Below, piece after piece: positions 1-11,700 of a stretch of DNA of 30,130 nucleotides. Origin of the DNA: Folioceros fuciformis (lineage: Eukaryota); contig JBNGIO010006281.1 in assembly GCA_049999805.1 (NCBI GenBank), forward strand, positions 170,687-200,816, in the 5' to 3' direction. A program made the translations under genes and the position numbers. The notes under the pieces are model-generated. The model did no database searches. It was given only the letters and a program-made list of their open reading frames with translations, and was not told the origin of the DNA. Positions within the stretch are counted from its first letter, which is position 1. The number at the start of each line of letters is the position of its first letter.

Positions 1-1550
1 ACGCAGAGAGAGGTAATTCCCTGGCATGTTGCATGTGTGAGATTTGTCCGGAAAGAAGCCTCGAAGAACGTCTTCTTTGTGTTGTTTGCGGCAGATTGAT
101 GAGATGAAAAAGGCCCTGGTTGAATCTGGTGGCGCTACGCCCTCAACGGACGTTATAGCAAGCCTCCAACAGTCCTTCAAGTATGCCCTTATAATGCAGC
201 ACGTTGTAAGCTTTGGGCGGAGTTTTCTCTCATCTTAGAGTTAGCTCAGTTGGCTCTCACGTTAGATTAAGCTCACATTTGGCATTTCTCAGTTTTTCCG
301 ATGAGCGATTGGGGCATAAGGAGATCACGCACAAGCAGGTAACTTCTGTGTAGCACGAAAGGATGGGCTTCTGATCCTTTTTCCCGGGTGAATTCTTTTT
401 GTGGACAAGTATGTTCTCAGCTAAAATCTCACTTTTCCTGTAGGTGTGGAATTGGTTTCAAAACAGAAGGCAGCAACAGAAAAACAAAATCTCAAAGATG
501 TCCGAGAAATTGGGTCATGAACACACTCCTTCTCCAGGTCCTGGGAGACCACCAAAGAACCCTCATACCATCCCTGCAGGTAACTTCTTTTGTCATCCGG
601 GCATATTTGACCTGGTTACGAAACGTTTGCTCATTGCATTTTTCGCTTACCAAGCACTGGCCATTCTATGGGGCTTCAGTGAGAAAGCCAGATGGACAAC
701 CTATGGAGTTTGAAGCTAAATCTATCAGAGATGGTGCATGGTATGCTCACTTGGGGGGGAGCCGACTTTTGTGTTTCTGACGCTGAACAGTTCTTAATGT
801 TGCCCATTCGTCTCACCAAGCTTGTTACTGAATCCAGGTATGACGTTTCGGAGTTCATCTCGCACAAGCTTTTAGAAACTGGTGAGCCGGTATGTTGGCG
901 GCAATCCACTTGAATGAATCAGTTGGATCGAAGGTACAAGTTAAGCCAGAAAGCTTTGAGAAACTCCTTATCTCTGTCATCTGCAGGAGGTGAGAGTCAG
1001 GTACTCTGGATTTGAGGCCGAAGAAGATGAATGGGTTGATTTGAAAACATCGGTACGGCAGCGATCCCTACCTTGCGAAGCCACTGAGTGTGTAGCTGTC
1101 CTTCAAAACGACCTAGTCCTTTGTTTTCAGGTACGGGCTACCATGATGTTCACACAGGGAATCAGAGACAGTGAAAGGAGGCTGCAGGTGAAATCGTTCT
1201 CATCTGAACGTGCACATACCACTTTAAAATGTAGCAGGAGGGTCTAGACCAGGCTATGTACTTCGACGCTGATGTTTTGGAAGTCTCGAGAAGGAGGCAC
1301 GATGCTCGTGGCTGTCGGTGCAGGTTCTGGGTGCGTTATCGGCACGATCAGTCGGAGGTATGGAAATGTTGGATGCATCTGTCGAGATACTCTTGACAGA
1401 GTTGTATGATTTCGAGCTCATGGCCCTCCTCGCTGTTGACAGGAGATCGTCCCTCTGCGAAAGGTGTGCAGAAGACCGGAAACAGAACACAGGTTAAGTC
1501 AAGTGACGAGGAAAATTGTTCTACCTGATGGATCAGTCGCAGACAATTAA
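1..1550 (+). CDS. SHH2: SAWADEE homeodomain homolog (SHH1/SHH2 family chromatin reader), 5' end outside window
   Basis: Exons <1-12, 95-180, 293-338, 444-579, 680-740, 838-889, 987-1130, 1238-1357, 1443-1550 (TAA), all GT-AG and frame-consistent. Homeodomain helix 3 reads [18 protein letters not shown] domain reads [16 protein letters not shown]...[16 protein letters not shown]...[16 protein letters not shown]...[39 protein letters not shown]2 versus SHH1 assignment is tentative. Confidence 0.93.
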
Positions 1551-2776
1551 TCGAGCCTTTCCCAGAGGGCCAATTAAACGCCAGAGTCTTGTTATAGCGT
1601 CAGCTCAAGTCTGGTTTCAGGACTCCGACATTCATACTTAATATTTGTTTAATTGTTTAGTCTTCCTATGTAGATGTACAAGTCATGATGCGGCCGAACC
1701 CTTTTCTCTTGAGATGACGCGGTCCATATTCACCACTCGCGTCTGCACCATGTGGAGCGTGTCGCTGAGTGACAGGATTCTCTTCCGGATGCTGCTTAGC
1801 CTACTGGTAGGCTGTGGTAGCAAAGGCATGGGCGTCATTTCCAACAGCTTGTCCAATTCTTTTCACAGAAACGCGTTACTATTAGTAACGTCATGAAAAA
1901 GTGAGGGTCATGAAAAAGGGAGGGAGTGTAAGGGCTGAAACGCGCAGCTTAGATCAGCAGCAAGCTGCCCTTACCACCGGTGAGCCGGTCGATGCTCGCA
2001 GCCAGTGCAGCTTGGCTGTTGCAGGCGCCCTCGATGCTGCCCTCCAAATCCCGGATGGCAGGTCCTAATACGGACGCGATTCCTTGTGCCACAGCCTGCG
2101 CGTCGTTGGCGGATTCTCCCATCACCTTCCTTCAAGCTTGTTTCACCCTAGAAACGAAATGCAGCTGGCAAGGAGATAAGAGGTGTAAACTCGCGTTAAA
2201 GGCCGGGCAATGGATTTCTCCTCTCCAAAGACATTTCTACATATAACCAGCGTTTCCCTGCCCTATGCGACGATTGCTTTGCCAGCAGATAATTGACACA
2301 TGGGCCCATATCTATGTTGATGTGCGTGTGTGATCAGCTTGCCTGCTGTAATCAAACCAGAGCGGAGTTGGGGGCAGGCATCGTTCGGTGCAGGAGCTTC
2401 GCTTCCCTGGCGGATGAAAGTCTATCCTCAGTACAGCTGGGATACGCTTGCTATTCTGGAACTGAGAGTGCAACTGCAGTTTGGGTATGTACTTCTTGCG
2501 ATATAGTCCGGGCGGAATGAGCTTCAAGCTTCCTTTCCCGGTGGTAGTGACGTGTATATCAGAATGTCCCTTCTACACTCCAGTTACGTCGGGGCAAGGT
2601 TGGCTGATTCGAACTCGGTTGTTCTCCATTCCCTGTCAAAGATATCTGTCCACTGTGCTGGACAGTGGAGGCGAGATTGTCTGCGGTACGCGGAATCCTC
2701 TCGTAGGAGGGAGTGTCTGATGAGCCGTGTTGGATACCGTATTAACGCGCCCTCCCACGCTCCCTGGAAATAGGTG

Positions 2777-4536
2777 ATGGGCTGCCTGAACTCCAAGCCT
2801 GCCACGATCGTGCTGCCTCCCGGCTATGAGGACCCTGCAGTTCTCGCTGGGGAAACTGCTTGTGAGTTTGCGCGTTCTTGGAGGAACCAGGCGACGGTAG
2901 TTGGGCGTTTGTCGCCACCGTTCTGTTACTGGCTCACGCTTTCCTTCTCTTGCTGGTTGCAGTCAGTGTTAGCGAGGTTGAGGCCCTGTACGAGCTTTTC
3001 AAGAAAATCAGCAATTCTATGATTCACGACGGCCTCATTCACAAGGTCACTTGCTTGTCTGGGGTTTGTATGGGTTCTGCTAGGGCACAGAGACGTGCTC
3101 ATTTCGGGTGCCGGATGTTTAAGGCTATGCATTGCTTTTCACGCAGGAGGAATTTCAGCTTGCTCTGTTTAGGAACAGCAAGAGGGAGAATCTGTTTGCC
3201 GATCGGGTATGGTTGAGCTTATGGTTCTGCTGCAGAGTCTGTTTGTATTGAGCTGTTTCCGAATGTGAAGGTGCTTCCCTGGTGGGAATAAGGGCTGGAG
3301 TCTGGTATCTGACTTGTGTCCTGCCTTAGTAGGTATTTGATGTCTTTGACACCAAGCGGAATGGTGTGATTGAGTTTGGGGAGTTTGTGCGATCACTCAG
3401 TGTATTCCATCCCAACGCCCCTTTTGAAGACAAAATCAACTGTGAGTTGCGAGAGGGTTGCGCCAGAGTGGAAGGTAATCGTCCAGGTTGTTTTCGGAAA
3501 TGACTGAAACTGTCTCTGTCATTTTTGCAGTTGCCTTTGTACTCTATGACTTGAGACAAACTGGCTTCATCGAACGGGAAGAGGTGGGAAGTTTGTAACC
3601 TGACCTGCTTTCGTCGCCTCTGTTGTGTTTGCTGGCACTTTTAAGTTTCCGAGGTGTAGGTAGCGGGCATGATTGGATTCGCACGTCAAATCCTCCATGC
3701 ACAACATGATGCCGTCTAATGGGTCCGCAGTGACGTTGTTGTGCTCGGGTCACGACGCTTACTCTAGCGAATGACTTTTCCAGGTTCAACAGATGCTTGT
3801 GGCACTATTGTCGGAGTCTGATATGAAGTTTTCAGATGATGTCATCGAAGCTATTCTGGATAAGGTATGCACTTGTTGTTCCTTGCAGTAGCTATGCTTT
3901 GCTAAGGCACGTGAATGCGTACTTAGGTTGAGACTGTTAATGGCGAGGCGATTCTCTGTGAGCTGTGTGTTTGCTGGCGGCACTTAGTTGTGTGCCAGTC
4001 ACTTTCTGCACAGCGTTAGAGATCATGCACACCAGCTTCATCACGTGTTAGTGTAACAGAGATAACGAGGTACATCACTTGATTAGACATACGACGAAAT
4101 TTAAGAGGGAAGTGTGTTAAGAGCCTGCATACCTCTGTCGCGTGTGTGTTGACATGGTGGTTCTGAGGTGACCCCCTCATGGCGGGTGGGATACCAATCC
4201 ATATTGTTTTCCTCCCTGCAAACTCTGATTGCCAGAAGCTTGTTTCGTTGTTGCAGACATTTGCAGAAGCCAACACAAAGTGTGAAGGCAGGATAGACAA
4301 GGAAGAGTGGGTTAGCCTTGTGCAGAAAAATCCAGGGCTCATGAAAAACATGACCCTCCCTTACCTCAAGTAAGTCTTCTCACACACGTGGCCACTGGTG
4401 CTAAGTCTTGTGCCCAATAAAGCTTGATTGCCGGTGGAGAGGCATTTAGTTGCGCGTTGCAATGTGTGGATACAGGGACATCACAACCACTTTTCCCAGC
4501 TTTGTTTTTACCTCGGAAGTTGAAGAGATTGTTTGA
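2777..4536 (+). CDS. CBL: Calcineurin B-like calcium sensor (CBL-A), SOS3/CBL4-like, 214 aa
   Basis: Eight exons: 2777-2861, 2963-3045, 3147-3206, 3333-3441, 3531-3583, 3784-3864, 4257-4369, 4476-4536 (internal sizes 83/60/109/53/81/113 nt). N-terminus MGCLNSK fits the myristoylation plus S-acylation consensus. Contains PPGYEDP, a 14-residue EF1 loop [38 protein letters not shown] and C-terminal [18 protein letters not shown]. Confidence 0.96.
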
Positions 4537-6715
4537 AACTTAAAAATGCGAGCGCGTTTTCAAGTTCTGTATGCATCACGACGCTCAAAGAGTATCCACA
4601 GTTGCTTTCAAATGGTAGGTACTCCGGCCATGCGTCGTCTTCTCGTGACTTAAAGTGGCATGGCCTCTAGTTGCAGCTATCAGATTGGGAAGTGTGCCTC
4701 AGGTAACTAAGTCATTTGAACTGGTTAGATCTCGGCTGCTGTGGTTGTCAACTTAGAACTCCGTCCCGAATTCTGTCTATAGCCTGAGTAGCTGGCAACG
4801 CGTTATACCCAGCCTTGATAGGAAACCTCATAGTGGAGACATAAATGAATATGGTTCCTTTTCACCTCTTGTAGAGTGAAGTTGTGTAAGATCGATCATG
4901 CGTGCTGATCCAGAACGTTCTCGGGAATCCATTTGCAATCTTGGGTGCGGTGAAGGGAATCCGGGGGTAGGCCACTTCCTTTTTGTGATGTGCAACCGTA
5001 TGCCAGTGCCGGCCGCCGTCTGTGATGATCCAAAGTAGTGTGTTGTCCAACGGAAGCGTTCTTTATAGGTGACAACACTACACGTGGTTTTCAGTGGAGC
5101 AAGTGGGCAGGCATCGCCTTCACAGCTAATGCTCGAAACGGCTGAGTTGCGTGATTTTCTAAGAGTCATGTGCTCTCCAGAACCCGCCGCCGTTTTCTGT
5201 TGTGTCCTGCCCCTTGACTCTGCCTGCCCATTGTTTTTTGTATCATGTATTTGTCACCATATTGGGTGATGTGAATCACAGTCGCAGGTATTGCCTTGCT
5301 CTGTTGCTACAGGCAGAAGGGTGAAAACCTAGGATGAGGTTGACGAGAAGTAGGCCATGCTTGTGCCGAAGAGATAGCAACATCAAATAAGTTGCTGGAG
5401 AGGTGGAACGGGGAGGAGAATGGGTATGTGCTCTTCCGTAGATTTTGCTACTGGAGCCTGGATCTAAGAATGGATGGATTGACTATAGATGGTGTCAGAT
5501 TGCAATTTTACTGGTGCCTTTCGTTCATGTATTTGGAACATGGACCTTGTTTGGGTTGAATTGGCCACTCTTGCATAGACAGTGAGGTCTAGCTTGCGGT
5601 TCTGGTAATTTTGTCAGGTGAGGCGTGGTAAGTTGCAGTCCGTCAGCATTCCTGCAACTGTCATCCATGGATGTCTCTCGAGATCTGGACAGTGTGTATC
5701 CAGCATGACCGCAGGTGTTTTGTGCAGACTGTTTTCTGTTGCACATGGTTCGAGTTAGAGGTTGCAAAACGTCTAGACGACGGACGCAGCTTTATCTGGT
5801 ATCACCTTTACCAGGCGATAATTACGAGTTGCATGACTGGCCGCGTCTGGCAACTCACTCGTGGCTGAACCAACTCGTTCATCGGCTGTCATGCGAACAA
5901 AGTTTTGGTGTTCTGAGGAATGTGATTGGGTCTTGCTAGGATGAACACACCCAGTTGACCACTAAATTTCTTATAAACTAATAAAGCAGTGTATAATTGG
6001 TTTCTGGTTTCCGCGGATTAGCCAACTGACAATAGAGAAGTTACTTGTGCACTTCTCCGTCATTCCTCTAAAGGTGTCAGCCTGTTCGAAGCACTTCTCC
6101 GCATGGTTCCACCCGGCTGTCTGCAGAATGCAAGTGCCACATGCAATGCAAGGTGAATTATAGTAGGTTCTAGAACCCTCGCAACTCTCGCTGCAACTGA
6201 GATACAGTACATCCTACACCGTAGTTTCTCCTACTGTTTCTCCTACCGGTGGAACGGGAGCCTGTAATGGATCGTAGGAGCAAGAGAGTGGCTTCTTGGC
6301 TACGGAGGCGATGGGCTGAAACCTCGCTCTTTCAAGATCCAGGTAAAGGGAACTTTTCCAAACGTGGGAGGATTCAGTGTTGAGCGTGCAGAGGCCAAGT
6401 CCTGTGTTCCGGCGCAACGTCCAGGCAGCTGGCTCCCTTTCTTTTAGCAGCTTTATATTTACTGTACTTTGGAGCCCGTAGTGGTGTGTACCTGTTCACT
6501 TGGGCTACATGTACCCCCGTTTCAGATGCATGCATAGCTGGCTAATCGTTGCAATGGCGGACGCTGGTGGCACTCTCGCAAAATCCATCACCCATGCACG
6601 GCGTTGTGCGCACTTTGAGGGTGGCGGGCGTGGCAGTCAATGACAAACCGGCCTGTTGGCCAATCTTGTCTTTGATTGCGCATCCATCTCCCGCTGTGAG
6701 ATAGGGATTGCGGCA

Positions 6716-8569
6716 ATGGGAGCCTCTTGTAGCACCGCGCCTGGTGGAATGAGATGTAACTCCCCCGACGAGCATTCAAGCTATGAGAATGCAAAGCTTC
6801 TCGCTAAGAAAACTTGTTGTAAGTTTGTCGTCGGCACGTGGACGACAAGGACTCAAATTGATCAGATCTTCCGTGCCTTCTTCTTCTGCATTCAACTCAT
6901 TGCGCGCGCGCTGCCTGCAGTTAGTGTGAGTGAAGTTCAGGCCCTGTACGAGCTCTTCAAGAGAGTGTGCCCAACCCTCGACACCGACGGCCTCATCCAT
7001 AAGGTGAGTCGTGCAGGTTTTTTCATGGGTTTGCTTCGGACAGGGAACTGCTCTCGTAGACTAGATGGATGCGTGGCTCTCCGGAGAGAGGTATTCAGCG
7101 AGTGTGGATGCGCAGGATGCTTTCAGGTCGGCTCTGTTCGTTTCTCCACCCGCAAAGGATGGAAAGAGGCGCGCGCAAAAGCCGAACATACTTGTGGAAA
7201 GGGTATTGCTGGTCCCTTGTTGCAGGCTTGTATTGTAGACACATTCCAAGTGACTCGTTTTGTGAACGTTTTGCTTCGTAGCCTTCTGTTGATATCGGCT
7301 CGTTACTGGCAAAAGTCCCACAGAATTGACCTCTGTACAGATATTTGAAGCCTTTGACGGCAACCGACAAGGTGGGATTGGATTTCCGGAATTTGTGTGC
7401 TCCCTCAGTGTGTTTCATCCCGATGCTCCTTTCGCAGACAAAATTGCTTGTAAGTATCAACAGGCTCTGCTATAGTCGGATGACGTAGCTGTTTTTGTTT
7501 TCCAGCACATCTGATTTCAGTGAACGTCGTGCAGTTGCATTTGGACTATACGATCCCAAAGGACTTGGCTATATCGATCGCGCACAGGTTTAAGATCTGT
7601 TCCCGTGCTGTAGAGCTTTTCACCCTGATGGGCGACCAGGCTTTATGTGTTTTTTTGAAAATTCTCATGTAGCTCTAGGTCACTGATTGTGTCACTCTTT
7701 TGCAGGATGCATTTGTGTAGGCATGGACACCTTTCAGCCATTTCATACCGTGTTCTACCATGATTTTATGCCCGTGCCCTGGTGAGTGTTTCCTTTCAGG
7801 TCAGGGAAATGCTTCTGGCGGCATTGGGAGAAACTGGCATGAAGTTTTCCGATCAAGTTCTGGAATCCATTCTTGATTCGGTAGGGGATTGGCTGCTGCT
7901 TAAGAATGTGTTTGCACTTGCGATTTGTAATCAGCGCCATTCCTCATCGGCTCCTATCCTTGCGCACTTTCAGCATCTTTGCCGTGATCGCACACGTGTG
8001 CCCTGGCAGCGGTAAGTTACCTTCGGCAAAGTTTCTGCACAGCATTACAAACGATGCATGACAGCTTGGCCACCTGCGAATGTGCAAGGCAGGGGGAGAG
8101 GTACCGTTACTATTGCCATGGTTCTGCAAATCTGTTGAAGGCGGGGTGACCCAGATTTGAGCCTTGCGGCTTTGTCGTATCCCGTCAAATTGCTTGACTA
8201 TAGGTTGACAGAGTTTTCTGAGCTACTTTTCCAACCATGACATTTCCTGGCTGTTTTTGTTCCAGACTTTTGAGGAAGCCCAGCCAAAGCATAAAGGCAA
8301 GATAGATAAGGAAGAGTGGACTGCTCTTGTTACGAAGAACCCGGCCATCATAAAAAATATGACCATACCCCAACTCCGGTGAGCGTTCTGTTCCCCAAGG
8401 CCCACCATTGATGGGCCCCAAAGTTTTGCGCTTAGAACCCACGGCATAATCAAGTGATAATTCTTCAATGTGCAGAGAGGTGACGAAAAGGTATCCGGAC
8501 TTCGTATTCTACTCTCAGATTCCCGAATCTGAAACGTACTTACAAATAGAAAAGAGACCGAATACGTAA
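6716..8569 (+). CDS. CBL: Divergent calcineurin B-like protein (CBL-B), tandem paralogue, 240 aa
   Basis: Eight exons: 6716-6818, 6921-7003, 7116-7202, 7341-7449, 7535-7587, 7800-7880, 8266-8378, 8476-8569, all GT-AG, same phases as CBL-A, no stops or frameshifts. Protein: MGASCS...[15 protein letters not shown]...DGLIHK...[19 protein letters not shown]...[13 protein letters not shown]...GKIDKEEW...[20 protein letters not shown]. Confidence 0.92.
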
Positions 8570-8787
8570 ACCATTATTTACAGATTCCAGATTGTTCGTT
8601 GATATAATGTACATTGGAAGGATCGTCTTGGGATACAGCCTAGGCGTCTGGTCGTGATCACACATCTGTCACAGTATGTAAAGCATATATCGTGAATATC
8701 CAGCTGGAGTCATTGTAACTATCTATTCACTACGAGATAAACTGATATGGAATGCCCAACTGTCCAGGCAACTGCTAACCTACTTCA

Positions 8788-11700
8788 TCAACCCGAATAA
8801 AATGCTCGGGTACCCAGAAACTCCGAACCATTGCCAGCGAGCTCGATAAGAGGCGGCCGTGAACCCACCGGTGAGGACATAAGCGAATGCATGCGATGAT
8901 CTCCAGCGAAAGGGCTGATTGCCCTGGACGACCTGTCCTTTCCTGGATGTAGAGGACTCCTGCCGATCAGGTGCCTGCGAATGTCTTCCAAAAAGGAGCT
9001 TTCGCTCTTTTTCTCCTTCCAAGGTTTCCTCTCCATGTATTGAGTCGAACTCGGCCTTGCACTGTTTTCGTAACTTCTGTCAGGAGTCAGCTGGGGGGAA
9101 GGGACCTTCATGTGGCCAGGGGAATTGCGAACCAAAAACTGTTTCTGGATTCCGTTCAGAAACGAGACTCTGCTCTTTTGGACCGAGCTGTCCCTCTGTC
9201 CCTGCAGCTTCTGGGGGGCTCCGGAGTCGGCAATACCAGAAGGGAGGCCACGGGCGTCACCAGTAAGATCCTCCCCCATGGTTCGTCCTTTTTGGTCGGC
9301 ATTCTTCACAGCAGTTTTCCTGCGCAGCTTGCCAGGGAATAGAGACTGAAAAGTGGGTATCGCCGTCTTCACCTTCTCTGCCGACAGATGCCTTTTCACC
9401 TTCAGATCTTCCGGCCTAATCTCAGCAATTTTGGTCGCAGTGCCATCACTAATTTTCCTGCCGGGCAACTGATGCTTCCACTGTGTAGCGTCTGTGTTTT
9501 TACTGCCGGCTGAGGACACCCTTTGCTGCACCTGTTGCTCAGTGGGCAACTGATACTTTCTCCTGATATTGCTGAGCTCTTTGGTACCCGACTCTGGCCA
9601 GTCGTCCACCACATTCACTGTCCAGCTATTACAATCTTCTTCGGCGCTTTCGAACGCAGACTCTGAGTCACTGCTTGGTTCGACACTGGCAATGTCACTG
9701 CGGTCTTCGTCTACATCCCACGAACCTCCTCCAAACCGTCTGTCCTTCCGCTTGTTTCTCTCGGAGCGCTGGCTGTTGAGATGTCTCAATCGTTCGCGGG
9801 ACACTCGTCTCGACCTTGTCATCTGAGATCCTCTATCGTGAAACCTCTTGTAGGGTGAGTCGGCATCGGCAACACTCATCAGAGAAGGATCACCGCTCTG
9901 TCTCATAGGGCCGGAATAGCTCATGACTGCATCTGCCCTCTTGGCAGTCTTTGGAGAGATGGTGGGCCTAGGCGGACATCTCACCTTTCCCATGGCGCTG
10001 ACATTTCCGTCTATTTCCATTGCTCTGGCGCTTCCATATTTGCTTAGTGAATCTTTGCTGCTAGAAGTTTTAATACGGCCCACCAGATTGTCGGGGTGCT
10101 GTAGTTTTATTGGGCCTGAGTGGCTCGTGTCGGTGCTTCCGTCGAGCTTCTGCCATTCAGACGTCTCCAGCGTTTTGGCCCTGGATTCCGTGCCTGAAGC
10201 ACTACATTCCCCGCCCTCATGATCACCCGTTGCCTCAGACAAATATTGTGAAAGCTCCACTGTGTCCAAATCCTTGTATAAACCAGCGGTCCGTCGATGC
10301 CTTGAAAATCCCATGGGAGCAACCTTCCTGTCTGTTCCCGCGTCACACTTGTATCTGGAAGGGTCGACTGAAGGAGGACTGAGTCTGGACGTAATGTTAA
10401 TTGGCCGAGGACTCTGCAGCTCTTCCTTCGACGTAGGTGTCTTCCGAGACTTGGGTGAAACGTCATTCGACGCTTGTCGGAGCCCTCCCGTCTGGCGAAG
10501 CCGGGTGCCAGCCTCAAGCAGTCTACTTTGCTCGATGGCATGACGACCCTTGACCTGCTCCACCGTTGCTCTTAGATGCGACATGCCTGACTCCAAATCC
10601 CGCACCTTCTGCTCAGCAATCTCAGTTCTGGACTTCCACTCGTCCGCCCGATCAGCCGTGGCTCTCAAGTCAAGAAGGGTTGACTCCAGCTCAGAGACTC
10701 TCTGCTCGGCCAGTGTGGCTCGTGATTCCCAGACCGCATGTTGCGTCGCGGACGCTCTCATACTGTCAAGGCACGACTCCAATTCGCACACTCTCTGCTC
10801 AGCTGTCTGGGCTCTTGATTGGGACAAGGACACCTGGTGATTTCGAGAAGTTAGAGTGATTCAGACATCACGGTACAGGGGGACGACTCCAACGACGCCA
10901 GGAAAGGAGCCGAGCTCACCTTTGTTTGAAGCGTATTAGAAAGAGTCTCAGCACGTAATGCACGTTCTTCCCATTCTGCGCAGGATTCTGACAGGTTGCG
11001 CATGTCTTCGGAAACATGGTGCAAAATTTCCTGAACTTGAGACCACTGTTCGTTTTCTTGATGGAATTGCTTCAAAATGTTCCGGATAGCAGTCATAGCC
11101 CGTTCCTCAGCCCTTCTTTCTTGATCTGAAAGGCCACATTCAGCCTGTTGAATGGCATGTTGTCGAGGTTCTCGGGTTGATGGTTCCTGGGCACAGCGGC
11201 TGTCGGCATCAGAGAACGCTGGAGATTTCAACGAAGATACCACTGGCAAGAAGGTCAAGTTTTCGAGGGCCACGTACCTGGTCACTCGTGCAGAGTCTTG
11301 AAGAGTCTCGTTCTTCGTGCAGCTTAACATTGGGAGGATCAGATTGAGCACTGTTGTGACCATCGCGTCCTTCAACGCCAAGTGCATCCATCTGGCGAAC
11401 GTTTCCTATCCTCAGTACGTCTCGTCATGCTAGCGAACCATGTTTCAAAAACACGCGTTCAAGCCTCCCGACCGAAAACGAAGTTGCTCACCTCACAGCT
11501 GCTGCCACTCTCGCCAGCAAATCCTCTGCCACTGACCTCCATCAACTTGTCAATACTGCTAGCGACGTCCATCTTAAACGCAAATTTAACAGACCGCCTG
11601 GGCGCTTCACTTGCATTCTACGGCAACATCAGGAGATGAAAGGTCAGGACCTGCTATCAGGGTACTACTGCACAACCCACCTCCAAGAGACAGAAATCAC

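Noticed and set aside
4600-6650. Possible gene between the two CBLs (scattered GT/AG signals, AATAAA near 5980)
   Set aside because: No coherent spliced ORF could be assembled. It is more likely UTR, promoter and 5'-UTR intron sequence.
6656-7348. 230-aa ORF from the ORF track as a single-exon gene
   Set aside because: It reads through CBL-B introns 1-3. CBL similarity in this frame is limited to exons 1 and 2, and the spliced model explains it.
9569-10859. Several + strand ORFs of 85-100 aa
   Set aside because: They are antisense shadows of the long minus-strand exon, with no recognisable domains.
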